DNA of 64,000 nucleotides from a virus (Duplodnaviria; Caudoviricetes): IMG/VR virus record IMGVR_UViG_3300042196_000418; one strand, 5' to 3'. Shown piece by piece: positions 20,646 to 30,101 of this stretch (position 1 is its first letter; each line of letters starts with the position of its first letter). The notes under the pieces were generated by a model. It saw only the letters and a program-made list of their open reading frames with translations, ran no database searches and was not told where the DNA came from. The position numbers and the translations under genes were made by a program.

Positions 20646-21242
20646 TCAGTTACCCGCGGTCGCGCGGATCTCCTGCATGCGCTCGCGAACGTAGGAGAAG
20701 TTCGTCCCGTCGAACCGGACCACATTCCTGGAGAACCGTGTTTCGATGCCGACGTTCCACGGCTGCGCCACCGCGATCACGAGGCCACGCGGACGCCAGG
20801 TGAGCCACCGCTCGATGTACTCGGGCCAGTCGTCGCACAGCATCTTGCCGTAGACGAGACCCTTGTCCTCGGAGAGCACGATGGGCAGATCGGGCACGTA
20901 CTTGAGGCACCACTCGATCTTCTCGCCCGCCGCGGCCGGGATCTTGCGAGGGCTCTTCGAAAGGATCTGGCAGAGAAAGCGCTGCGCCCGCGCTTCCTCG
21001 AGAACCTGGAACCCGAACGCGATCGGGGCAAGGTCGCGCCAGAAGCCGGGCTGTGACTTGATCAGTCGCCGCCGCTCCTTCATGTAGGGCACCTCTTCTT
21101 GCGCCGTGGCCTCCGCTTCTGGATCTTCGCCAGGACTGCGCAGCGCAGCGAGCTTTGGACGCATCGACGCGTCGAAGTCCGCGAGGGTGCCGTCCAGATC
21201 GAACAGTGCGATCGGTTCGGCGGGCTTGTCTGTTTCCATCAT
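20646..21242 (-). CDS. HAD-family 5'(3')-deoxyribonucleotidase (NT5C-like)
   Basis: Motifs LFDLDGTLADF, GFWRDLAP, EKIEW and DKGLV.G.ML.DD. Confidence 0.8.
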   Translation of the reverse strand: MMETDKPAEPIALFDLDGTLADFDASMRPKLAALRSPGEDPEAEATAQEEVPYMKERRRLIKSQPGFWRDLAPIAFGFQVLEEARAQRFLCQILSKSPRKIPAAAGEKIEWCLKYVPDLPIVLSEDKGLVYGKMLCDDWPEYIERWLTWRPRGLVIAVAQPWNVGIETRFSRNVVRFDGTNFSYVRERMQEIRATAGN

Positions 21243-21853
21243 GCCGGCGAATGTCCCTTCAGTCCTGAAGTGCGTTGGGCGCCTTCCCACGCATCGTCCA
21301 CAGGGGCAGGGTGATCGAACCAGATGCGTGCGCTCGTGACGTCGCAGAGGTGGGCGAGAGCAGCTAGAGGGCCCATCTTGCGCTCACGGCTCGAGTAGTC
21401 CTCCAGCTCGCCCTCGGCGTACTTGAGGCCGTTCTCGTGGGCATCGTTGAGCATCACGCCGTACTCGGCGAGCTTCTCCATACGGAAGCGCTGGTGATCT
21501 GTTTTCGTCAGCATTGTGGCTTTGTGGCGGAGATGCCCGTCCTCTCCCAGCTCGTACTTCCACGGCTTCTCGATGTCGTGGAGGAAGACGACGAGTAGAA
21601 TGTCCGAAATCGAAAACGGCAGCGGCCTCTTGGTGTCCAGGATCTTGAAGAAGACTAGCGCGATGTTCATGGCCTCGGTGACATGGTCGAGATAGCCGCC
21701 CGGCCACGCCTGGTGGTTGTGCGTGGAGCCCTGCACCGTTCCGAACAACTTGCGATTGTCCGCGAGGAGCCTTTGAACGGCGGTGCGGTTCGGCTCGGTG
21801 ATGAGCTGGATGAGATCGTCGATCGGAGCGTACTGCTTCATTTGAGCTTCCAT
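21239..21853 (-). CDS. HD-domain phosphohydrolase
   Basis: Motifs HNHQAWPGGYLDHV, FLHDIEK and LAHLCD..SA. Confidence 0.8.
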   Translation of the reverse strand: MEAQMKQYAPIDDLIQLITEPNRTAVQRLLADNRKLFGTVQGSTHNHQAWPGGYLDHVTEAMNIALVFFKILDTKRPLPFSISDILLVVFLHDIEKPWKYELGEDGHLRHKATMLTKTDHQRFRMEKLAEYGVMLNDAHENGLKYAEGELEDYSSRERKMGPLAALAHLCDVTSARIWFDHPAPVDDAWEGAQRTSGLKGHSPA

Positions 21854-21861
21854 ATTTTAGG

Positions 21862-21910
21862 CGCCTCTGACAGGGGTCGAACCTGCGCAGTCCCGTCTGA
21901 CTTCAGAGGC
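21862..21910 (-). ncRNA. Minimal tRNA-like element (acceptor stem, short arm and T-arm; no anticodon arm)
   Basis: GCCTCTG-A-AGTC(AGACGG)GACT-GC-GCAGG(TTCGACC)CCTGT-CAGAGGC-G, followed by CCT. It has a perfect 7-bp acceptor stem and a canonical T-loop. Confidence 0.6.
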
Positions 21911-21913
21911 GGT

Positions 21914-21931
21914 GGGAGGTCGAAGCCTCCC
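21914..21931 (-). terminator. GC hairpin after the vWA stop; no U-tract, so possibly a stability or processing element
   Basis: GGGAGG-CTTCGA-CCTCCC. Confidence 0.35.
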
Positions 21932-21940
21932 GGGTGCTGC

Positions 21941-23449
21941 TTACCAGCGGCTCGACTTGGACTTCGAGACGCCCTTCTTCGCCTTCTCCTTTTTCGCGCC
22001 CTTCGCCACGACCGCCGCGACGACCGCCGGAGGCAAGGTCCCGGGGATCACCATCGAACCGGCGATCGACGCGAGGTCGTTGCTGCCCTTCTGGGCATCA
22101 GCGCCCTCGAAGCTGCTCGCCGTACTGCACTGGGCAGCGTTCGACATCGCGAACTCCGCGCCCAGCCCTGACGTCATGATCTCGCGCTCCAGATCACCGT
22201 CCATCTTCGACACGGTCATGCCGCGATCCGAGTAGCCCTTCGAGCTACGAAGATAGCCCTGGCTCGACGCGTAGCTCGACGCGCTCACGACCCGCGACTG
22301 GATGCCCTTGGCGAAGGCCCCGAGCTTGTCATGACCACGGCTGCCGAGCGAGACCGCCATCGCATCCATGCGCGCGACGGCGCCGTGGAAGTCGCCTTTC
22401 TTGGCCAACTCTTCGGCCTCGACCTGAGCCTGACCAACCTGCGCGAGGCCGACGATCTGATCGACGTCCTGGGTCGGCTTCTCCTGCTCTTCGCCTTCCT
22501 TCACGAACCGCAGCTTCGCCTTCAGCTCCTCCTGACGATGCTCGCGCTTGCCCTCGATCAGCAGATCGTAGTCGATCTTCACGTCCACGATGTTCATCTC
22601 GCGGGGCAGCGCCTGGGTCTGCTCCGAGAGCTTCATCGCGAGGACGACGTGTCGCTCCTCTTCGGACAGTAGATCGCCGAGCTTGATGACGACCTTGCCA
22701 TCCTTCTCGTCGACGTCGACGTCGCTGGTCACTTCCTCGATCTTGTGGCCGTTGTGCGGCGCGAGATCGAGCACGATGCCCTGGGCATACGTCGAGAGCA
22801 GACCGCCAAGCTCCTTCCCGAAGGCCGAGAGCGCCTCGTCCGGGTGCTTGATGAAGGCGTAGTTGCCTTCGCCGCGTTTGGCCAAATCTGCGAGCAACTC
22901 CTGGTTCGCATCAGTCCCGTAGCCGAAGCAGGACACCGTGGTCTTGCCGCGGGTGTCGACGATCTTCGCAAGGCCCTCGGAGCTGGTGACGCCGTGGTTC
23001 GCGCAGCCGTCGGTCAGCATGATGACGCGGACGAGCATGTCCTTGCCGATGTCGACCTTCGAGCCCCACTTGAGACCCAGCTCGAGACCGCCGGAGAAGT
23101 TCGTGCTGGTCGTCGTGTGGAGATCGCCGATGCGATTCTTCAGCGCATCCTTCGACGCCTGCGTCATCTCGATGGGAGCTTGGATCTCGTGGATCTCGGT
23201 CGCGAACGCGCCGAGCCCGCAGTAGTCACCAGGCTTGAGGTGGTCGACGAGTTTGAGGAGCGTCTTCTTCGCGTAGTCGAGCTTATCGCCCGCCATCGAG
23301 CCCGAGACGTCGATGAGAGGAATGATGCAGACCGGGGGACGCTTGGCCTCCCAGTCGAGCTTGGGAGCTTTGAGGCTCAGGACGAGGTGGATGTTGTTGG
23401 TTTTGTCGAAACGCACCTTGTCGTGCGTGAACTTCGCTTGGATCTTCAC
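21941..23449 (-). CDS. von Willebrand factor A (vWA) domain protein
   Basis: MIDAS motif DVSGS, plus STNFSGGL, VIMLTDG.AN.G, FGYG and GEGNY. GTG start at 23449 with a GGAG RBS. Confidence 0.88.
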   Translation of the reverse strand: MKIQAKFTHDKVRFDKTNNIHLVLSLKAPKLDWEAKRPPVCIIPLIDVSGSMAGDKLDYAKKTLLKLVDHLKPGDYCGLGAFATEIHEIQAPIEMTQASKDALKNRIGDLHTTTSTNFSGGLELGLKWGSKVDIGKDMLVRVIMLTDGCANHGVTSSEGLAKIVDTRGKTTVSCFGYGTDANQELLADLAKRGEGNYAFIKHPDEALSAFGKELGGLLSTYAQGIVLDLAPHNGHKIEEVTSDVDVDEKDGKVVIKLGDLLSEEERHVVLAMKLSEQTQALPREMNIVDVKIDYDLLIEGKREHRQEELKAKLRFVKEGEEQEKPTQDVDQIVGLAQVGQAQVEAEELAKKGDFHGAVARMDAMAVSLGSRGHDKLGAFAKGIQSRVVSASSYASSQGYLRSSKGYSDRGMTVSKMDGDLEREIMTSGLGAEFAMSNAAQCSTASSFEGADAQKGSNDLASIAGSMVIPGTLPPAVVAAVVAKGAKKEKAKKGVSKSKSSRW

Positions 23450-23632
23450 TGTGTGTTCTCCGTTACGTTGGGGATAACGTCGAGAACGCGGAGGTTCGGA
23501 CATCCATCCCTGGAGTCCTCGACAGGTCAGTGCGTCCGATGAGGAAGAGCCCAAAACCTTGTGGTGCGGCTGCCCTCGGTGTCTCGATCTCCCAAAGCCG
23601 AAGCGCGGAGAGCGAGCTGGTTTCTTTATACC

Positions 23633-24220
23633 TCACGTGTGCGCCACCTGGGTAGTGGGTGACTCCGGCTGGATGCCAAGGGATCGCTCGCGAGCCACCG
23701 TGAGGCCGTCTGCGGATCGCTCCAACAGCCACTTCGCGCGCTCGACGTCTGGATCATCGAGGCCGTCGTTCGGATGCGTGAGCACGAGCCATGGCATCAA
23801 CGCGTCCATATCGGAACAGTCGTCGAGAATGACGAACGCCGTTACCTCGGGGTGCGCGGCGAGCCACTCGCCGATCTCCCAGCCGCGCTCGAGATGCTCG
23901 AAATCGAACGGCTTGCCGTTTCGCTCCTGCCAGTTCGCGAGCCAAACTGTGTCCTTCGAGAGATCCGGCGTCTCGCCGATCACCTCGCCGACAAGGCCGT
24001 GACGCACGAGCGCGGGACCGAGGTCCTGCCACCGTGCGAACTTTCGCCAGCTCGACGAGATGACGATCACGGCCCCCGTCTCCACGATCAGCCGGTTGAG
24101 GCACGCCATGCATTCGGGCGCGATTGGAATCGGTAACGGTTCTGTTGCAGTCGGCGATACGTTGTGGCGCGTATTGCAGTGGTTGACCACGCCGTCGATG
24201 TCGAGGAAGACAACGATCAT
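23633..24220 (-). CDS. HAD-domain protein of the HAD_SAK (Swiss-army-knife RNA repair) type
   Basis: Motifs VFLDIDGVVN, IVISSSWR, IGETP, RG.EI..WL, FVILDD and GL. Confidence 0.8.
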   Translation of the reverse strand: MIVVFLDIDGVVNHCNTRHNVSPTATEPLPIPIAPECMACLNRLIVETGAVIVISSSWRKFARWQDLGPALVRHGLVGEVIGETPDLSKDTVWLANWQERNGKPFDFEHLERGWEIGEWLAAHPEVTAFVILDDCSDMDALMPWLVLTHPNDGLDDPDVERAKWLLERSADGLTVARERSLGIQPESPTTQVAHT

Positions 24221-25361
24221 GGTCACCTTACGGATGGATCCTGAGATCCTGGGCGATGCGGCTATGAACTCGTCCACCTTCTTGATCGCGGTCGTACATC
24301 GCGAAACCGATCACACCCTGCGTCGCTTGCTGCACGCGCCCTATCATCGCGCAGGTGCATCTGGTTTTATAGTGGTGTGCTCGGGCGGCCCAATGTCCGT
24401 GCCGTACTTGCGCACTGGTACGAACGGAATGAAGGTGAAGAGCCGTCCGTCGCGCTGCGGCAGGCCGAACTTCGTCGCCGTCGAATCGACGACGACCCCT
24501 TGGGCCTGCACCTCGACGATGCGGTGAGCGATCCGCTTGTTCCCCCAGGTCACGACGTCGCCGACCTGGAACTTCTTGCCGAGCTTCTTCTGGATCGCGC
24601 GACGGGTCATGCATCCCCCTTGGGCAGCTTCGCGTAACGTTCATGGACCTCTGAAATCGACAGCATCTCGTGCGTCCCGCTCGCCGCCCAGACCGACTCG
24701 ATCTTGTGGGAGAACAGTCGCAGGCGACGTCGATGCGGGATCTGTCGCAATAGGTGTGCGAATGCGTCCCCCGAGGGCGCGTGTCCCTCCATCATCTTGG
24801 CCGCGGCCTCAGCATCCTCGTCCGAAATGTCGAGCCGATCAATCCCGCGATCCGCGAAGACGTTCTCGAAGCGCAGCCACATGTCGAACAAGGGACCAAT
24901 CGCGTTTTCGAGGCGGAAACGTTCCCGATCCTCGGGTGACATGTCCTTGGATTCCTCCGCGATCTCGGCGTCCGACAGACGCTCGGCGTAGGCCGTCTTC
25001 GTCACGAGCGTCCTTCGGTCCGGCACGCCTTCATGTGGTCCTCGATTGTGGCGTCGGCGAACGGGAACGCCTCGAAGCCGCAATAGCGGCAGCGTACGAC
25101 TGGAACATCCTCACGCTTGACTGAATCCCACTGGGCGGCGAACTCGGCCTCTGCCTTGGCCACCAGCTTTGCGTAGCGATCGTCGATCAAGCGCTGCTTG
25201 ACCTTCAGCAGCTCAGGCGACAGCTCGATGTCGGCGTAGAGCGCGAAAGCGAGAGCACGTAGATCCGCCAACTCTCCCTGATCAACGATCAGCGCGTGGG
25301 CGATGCTCTCGACTTCACCCGGGGTCGGCGAGTAGCTGTTGCGGACGATGCGCTCCGCGAG

Positions 25362-25659
25362 GTCGAGTGCGGCGGGGTCCGGCGAACGAGCAGCCACCTC
25401 GGAAGGCTTCGGCCTCGACACATGTCCGTCGCAGATCATGACGAGACGATCGTTCACATCACGCACGAACAAGTGCGGATCTGCCTCGTTCGTGCAGGTC
25501 AGCACGGCGATGTCGAGCGTAGCGGGATCCGGCGAACGAGCAGCCACCTCGGAGGGCTTCGGCATCGACATATGGCCGTCGCAGATCATGACGAGGCGAT
25601 CGTTCACATCACGCGCGAACAAGTGCGGATCTGCCTCGTTCGTGCAGGCCAGCACGGCG
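25362..25659. repeat. 150-bp-period tandem duplication within ORF 25002-25685
   Basis: Copies at 25362-25509 and 25512-25659 encode AVL.CTNEADPHLF.RDVNDRLVMICDGH..PKPSEVAARSPDPA.LD twice. Confidence 0.9.
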
Positions 25660-25681
25660 CACTTGGGAAGTTTGCTCTCCA

Positions 25682-26245
25682 TCACGCTTCCTTGGCGGGC
25701 GTTCGCCGCCGCCAGTAGTTGGTCTCCGTGAGCTCGTAGCGTTCCCAGTTGCGGTACTGGGGAGGATTGTCGGGCCCACGAAGACCGTTGGTGATGAGCA
25801 CGATGTCGTTCGGCTCCCAGCCCTCACCCTCTGGTTTCGGGGAATCTCCGCTCTTTCGCGCGTTCTCCGTCGTGGCGTACTCGTAGTCGGGATGCCGCTG
25901 CTCGCAGTGCAGCTCGTGCTCGGTCAGCGAAGCAACGCGTAGACGCTCACGATCACGATACGTGGCAGCGATCTGTTCTTGCTCGAGATGCGCCGTGTAG
26001 ATCGGCAACATCCGATCGCGCTCAGCCTCCAGCTCGGTGACACGCGCGCGAAGGCCGCGAAGCTCGGCAGTCTCATCATCGGACACGCCACAGATGGCGG
26101 CGGACAGCTCGACGCACTCAGCGCAAATGTAGATGTTCCCCGGGCCGCTGATCAGGCGCTTGCACGCATCGCGACCCTTCATGCAGAACGAACATTGAAT
26201 CGGCGGAGTCGCCTGCTCACGCGGCTGTTGTTGATCCTGGGTCAT
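25682..26245 (-). CDS. Protein with an N-terminal ClpX-type C4 zinc finger and a coiled coil
   Basis: CSFC.K....KRLISGPGNIYICAECVELS. Confidence 0.75.
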   Translation of the reverse strand: MTQDQQQPREQATPPIQCSFCMKGRDACKRLISGPGNIYICAECVELSAAICGVSDDETAELRGLRARVTELEAERDRMLPIYTAHLEQEQIAATYRDRERLRVASLTEHELHCEQRHPDYEYATTENARKSGDSPKPEGEGWEPNDIVLITNGLRGPDNPPQYRNWERYELTETNYWRRRTPAKEA

Positions 26246-27385
26246 CGGCGTGTACTCGACTTCCTGGAGAGCGCGTCGCCGCACGCTGCGAGGACCTCGC
26301 AAACCCGATGAGGCTCGATGCGGATCGGCTCACCGTCCCACCAATGCTCTGCCCCTGTGGGCGGCGTGACGTAGAGGATGAGGGAGCCGTCCTTGCGTGC
26401 CTCGAAGGCGTGGGCACCGCGCAGCTTGGGTGGCTTGCCGGGCGGCTTCGCCAGCCACAGCCGTTTGTTTGAACGACGTGTGCGCCGCGTATTTTTCGCC
26501 GTGGTGGTCACGCGGCCTCCTTGCGGAACACCAGGTCCGCCGCCGCGTAAGCGTACTGCGAGATGTAGTCGCTGTGCCCGACGGCCATGCGCTCGGCGCG
26601 TTCGACGACCTCGATTCCGACAGGATCGTAGGCGAACAGACCACGCTGGTAATTGACCGCGCGCATCACGCTCTCGCGCTCGGCCAAGATCCACTCCTCG
26701 ACAGAGCGGCCTTTGCGAAGCTCAGTCTCGGCGGCGAGCTTTGCCCGGATCGCCTCGTAGACGGGTTTGTAGTGGCTCATGCGACGCTGACCGTCTGAAC
26801 GATCACACGCGTGCTACGACGAAGTTCCCCGAGCTGTTCGATCGAGTCGCCGTCAAACGGGTTCTCGGCTTCTTCGGGCATCGAGCACGTGACGTCCGTT
26901 CCTTGCAAGAGTTCGAGGATCGCACGGGCGATCGGCAGTGTTGGACTGTTCCGTGGACCCGACACGGTGACGCAGATGCTGCTCTTATCCTCGCTCTTGA
27001 AGGCGCGCTCGCGCTCGACGGCCGCGTCGTAGCGGGCCTGCATTTCCACCGTGCGGGCGGCTGCCATCATTCCAACCTTTTGGATGATCTCCTCGCGGAT
27101 CTGCTCGCTGGTCTTGCCGAGCTGGATGTCTCGCGCGATGGCCACGCGAAAGTCGAGGACCCACGCATCAACTGCGAGCTGCCGAACGATCTGCTCTTCG
27201 AGACTGCGTAGCTGATCAGGATCTGGCGGGGTGTGCTCGATGGCGTGCATGCGCGAGCGCACGATGCTCAGCAGGATTTCGAGGTTCGGACGGGCAAAGA
27301 GATTCGGATCAGACACCGGCCGAACCTAACAGTCCACGCACTTCATTTCCAGCACTTCACATACGGTTGCATAACCCTCAAAGAT

Positions 27386-28381
27386 CTACCTCTTGAGATC
27401 CTCGTAGCGCAGGGCGATCGGCATCTTCTCGACTGCCTCGCGCTTGCCCTTCTCACCGCGGCGATCGTAGATGGCCGTCGTCTTGACGTCGGAGTGGCCC
27501 ATGAGCTTCTGCACCATGAGGATGTCGGCCCCGTTCTCGAGCAAGTCCGTGGCGAACGTGCGGCGCAGATCGTGCGGCGTTAGATCGGCGACCCCCGACA
27601 GTGTGACAAGCGCGCCGAGCACGTAGTCGACACCCGCGCGGCCGAGGCGCCTCGTCGTGGGCCCCTTGTCGTGGGCCCAGCGAACAAACAATGGAATGCA
27701 ACCGCGCTCCTTCTGGTACTCGAACCACGGCAAAAGCCACGGCCGGTAGCCCTCGGCGAGGTACGTCTCGCGGAACTTGCCGCGCTTACCGCGTTTGACC
27801 GTGAGCGCACCAGTGGCAGGGTCGTAGTGCTCGGTGTCGAGCGAGGACACCTCCTGACGACGAAGACCCCCGGCGAACATCGCGATGAACAACGCCTGAT
27901 CACGCCAGCTCCAGGGCGCTTCCTGCCCGGCGGCGGCACGTAGGAGAATACGGACCTCGTCGATCGAGACCGCACGGCCGGCGGGCGGCAAATCCGCCGT
28001 CTTCATGCTTTTGAAATCGAGTGCCCGTTGGTAATCCTCGGTCTCGATCTGTTCGAGCTGCCACGCCGCCTTGAGCACGCCGCGTAACGCCGACAGCATC
28101 CGGTTGACTGTGCGCTCGCCGTAGCTCGAGACGAGCGCAGATCGAATCGCCTGCGTGTGCTGGAAACGGAGCTCGTGCCACGGTAGCGTCCACTGTGTTG
28201 CTCTCCGATCGACAAGCTCCGCGATCGTCGCGAGGCTCGACTTCATCGCCGGCCGCGAGTCCTCTCCGAGCTTGGCTAGGTAGACGGCGACGGGATGCAC
28301 CGCCAGGTTGATTCCGCGCGGGACGTCCAGATCGGCAGCAGCGCGCGGTTGGTGGGCAAGAGCGAGAGGTTCGCGGGCCAT
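27386..28381 (-). CDS. Tyrosine recombinase/integrase
   Basis: Intact catalytic set: GLRRQE (R), GKRGK (K), HDLRR, MGHS and AIY. The ORF track start is 28414. Confidence 0.93.
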   Translation of the reverse strand: MAREPLALAHQPRAAADLDVPRGINLAVHPVAVYLAKLGEDSRPAMKSSLATIAELVDRRATQWTLPWHELRFQHTQAIRSALVSSYGERTVNRMLSALRGVLKAAWQLEQIETEDYQRALDFKSMKTADLPPAGRAVSIDEVRILLRAAAGQEAPWSWRDQALFIAMFAGGLRRQEVSSLDTEHYDPATGALTVKRGKRGKFRETYLAEGYRPWLLPWFEYQKERGCIPLFVRWAHDKGPTTRRLGRAGVDYVLGALVTLSGVADLTPHDLRRTFATDLLENGADILMVQKLMGHSDVKTTAIYDRRGEKGKREAVEKMPIALRYEDLKR

Positions 28382-28451
28382 GCCCCAGCCTACCAGCCTA
28401 CTTGCGAGAACCACTATTCAATCAAGTGCATGAAGTAGCCGAAATCAGGGC

Positions 28452-28572
28452 GTTGCATAAAATAACACCCCCGTACAATAAATGTTATGCAACATTCCGG
28501 AATATTCCGACGACAACGTTGTGCGCGCGATCGCGACGTCTCGACGGGCCGCGATCGATCGTGTTATGCAAC
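28452..28572. promoter_or_regulatory. Divergent control or recombination region with repeated GTTATGCAAC boxes
   Basis: GTTGCATAA at 28452-60; GTTATGCAAC at 28484-93 and 28563-72; palindrome CGGAATATTCCG at 28498-28509. A further copy, GTTGCATAAC, is at 27366-75. Confidence 0.65.
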
Positions 28573-28582
28573 GCTCATCCAA

Positions 28583-28771
28583 ATGGCGTCAACGAAGGCA
28601 CGCAGCGCTGAAGAGCGCACCGAGAAGCATCGCAAGACGCACAAGCTCGTGCAGACCTGGGTGAGTCCAGAGAGGAAGAAGGAGATCGACGCGCGCGCCA
28701 AGAGCGAAGGACGCACAGTCGCGAACTGGCTGCGTCGCGAGCTCGACAAAATCTTTGGGGCCGCAGGTTGA
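28583..28771 (+). CDS. Ribbon-helix-helix-like regulator divergent from the integrase
   Basis: KLVQTWVSPERKKEIDARAKSEGRTVANWLRRELD. Confidence 0.7.
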   Translation: MASTKARSAEERTEKHRKTHKLVQTWVSPERKKEIDARAKSEGRTVANWLRRELDKIFGAAG

Positions 28772-29301
28772 GAAGACCGAACGAATGGCGCCAAGATGCT
28801 CCGCCCCCGCGCGGAATCAAATCTTCATTGAGTCATGCTCGAAACCGCGGGCTTGAAGCGACGCTCACCAATGAGCAGTGGGCCACGACGCTCACCTTCT
28901 TCGAGCACCGCTGTGCCTACTGCTGTCGGAAGATCTGGTGCCTCGTCGATCATGTGACATCGCTCGACCGCGGCGGCGGTACGACGCGGGACAACTGCCT
29001 GCCTGGTTGTGGATCGTGCAACCGCTACAAGGGACAGAGGACGCTCGAAGAGCTGATCCTCCGCGTCGAGCAAAGGAACGCCAAGGAAGGTCGCGAAGCA
29101 CGACTATATGGGGCGAACACGCTCGACAATCTTTCCCGCGCGCTCGGGTACCTGCATGAGCACGGGCGGCCACCGAGCGAACCGATAAGACCGCGGCCGA
29201 GATGGTGCCCTCACCGAGTCACATGCAACCTCGGACATGCGCACGGGTGCAGGTTGACCTTCGACCATGAAGGTCAGCACCTGGTGGAGATTGCCGAATG
29301 A
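28768..29301 (+). CDS. HNH endonuclease
   Basis: CAYC...VDHV.....GG....N....C.SCN..KG. Confidence 0.85.
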   Translation: MRRPNEWRQDAPPPRGIKSSLSHARNRGLEATLTNEQWATTLTFFEHRCAYCCRKIWCLVDHVTSLDRGGGTTRDNCLPGCGSCNRYKGQRTLEELILRVEQRNAKEGREARLYGANTLDNLSRALGYLHEHGRPPSEPIRPRPRWCPHRVTCNLGHAHGCRLTFDHEGQHLVEIAE

Positions 29302-30101
29302 CGCACTGGGTACTCCAGAACAACATTTACTCCGAGGAGGGCTGGGAGGCGCTCGTCGGCGCTATTGAGCGCCTGGGTTTTCCGTACTCCGTGCACAGAT
29401 GCGTTCCGTTCGAGGGCACGCTCGATCCCGAGCCGTCGCCGATCGACGGCCCCGTCATCGCGATGGGCTCGTACTCGATGGCGAAGCACGCCCAGACGTA
29501 CGGCTGGAAGCCCGGCGCGTGGCTCGACAACCTCGACTTCCGCATCCAGCGCGTGCACTGGGGCGATCTCCTGCTCAACGCAGACGCGCAGTGCACCACG
29601 ATCGGAGCCTTCGCGGGCCCGATCCCGCGGCCCTGCTTTGTGCGTCCTGTGCACGACACCAAGGGCTTTACGGGCCAAGTGTTCGACGATCCGGCCTGGC
29701 AGAAGTTCCGCGACGGCGTGCTCCGCGTGGATGGCGATCCTTCGAGACCCACGGTCACCCCGCTCGACGACATCATGATCTGCTCGGCGAAGGAGATCTG
29801 GTCCGAGACGCGGACCTGGGTGGTCAACGGCCGCGTCGTGACCGCGTCCGGCTACAAGATCGGCACGATCCCTCGCTACACGGCGCCCAACCAGGTCGAC
29901 GATCGCATCACGGTATTCGCGCAGGCGTGTGTCGATCGCTGGCGGCCCAACGCTGCCTTCGTCCTCGACGTCGCCGACACTCCAGAGGGCCTCAAGATCG
30001 GCGAGATCAACAACCTCAACGCCGCAGGGTTCTACCGCGGCGACATGCAGAAGCTCGTCATCGCGCTCGCTGACCTGGCAGAGGCGACCTACCTACAATG
30101 A
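29298..30101 (+). CDS. ATP-grasp protein, R2K-clade-like
   Basis: Motifs FVRP..DTK.FTG.V, E.R.WVV.G.VVT.S.Y and FVLDVA.T..G.KI.EIN..N.AGFY. Confidence 0.75.
   Translation: MTHWVLQNNIYSEEGWEALVGAIERLGFPYSVHRCVPFEGTLDPEPSPIDGPVIAMGSYSMAKHAQTYGWKPGAWLDNLDFRIQRVHWGDLLLNADAQCTTIGAFAGPIPRPCFVRPVHDTKGFTGQVFDDPAWQKFRDGVLRVDGDPSRPTVTPLDDIMICSAKEIWSETRTWVVNGRVVTASGYKIGTIPRYTAPNQVDDRITVFAQACVDRWRPNAAFVLDVADTPEGLKIGEINNLNAAGFYRGDMQKLVIALADLAEATYLQ

Larger units (their letters stand above)
24344..27316 (-). other. Run of about seven translationally coupled hypothetical phage-type genes
   Basis: ORFs ending at 24344, 24607, 25002, 25682, 26242, 26508 and 26777 with ATGA/GTGA overlaps. Confidence 0.65.

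Noticed and set aside
21859-21931. Functional tRNA gene or tmRNA
   Set aside because: It is only 48 nt, with no anticodon arm, no encoded CCA and no tmRNA body. It is kept only as a tRNA-like element.
23494-23530. Hammerhead ribozyme (CTGA...GAG-stem-CGAA on the minus strand)
   Set aside because: The core spacing is wrong (CTGA-N6-GA), it has GAAC rather than GAAA, and no convincing stems I/III are present.
12320-28414. CRISPR-associated transposon explanation for the dead Cas3
   Set aside because: There is no TnsA/B/C or TniQ. The only recombinase is a tyrosine integrase ~9 kb away with no visible link to the cas locus.
28468-28495. Chromosomal dif (XerCD) site
   Set aside because: Only a TTATG half-site resembles it; the 11-6-11 arrangement is not satisfied.
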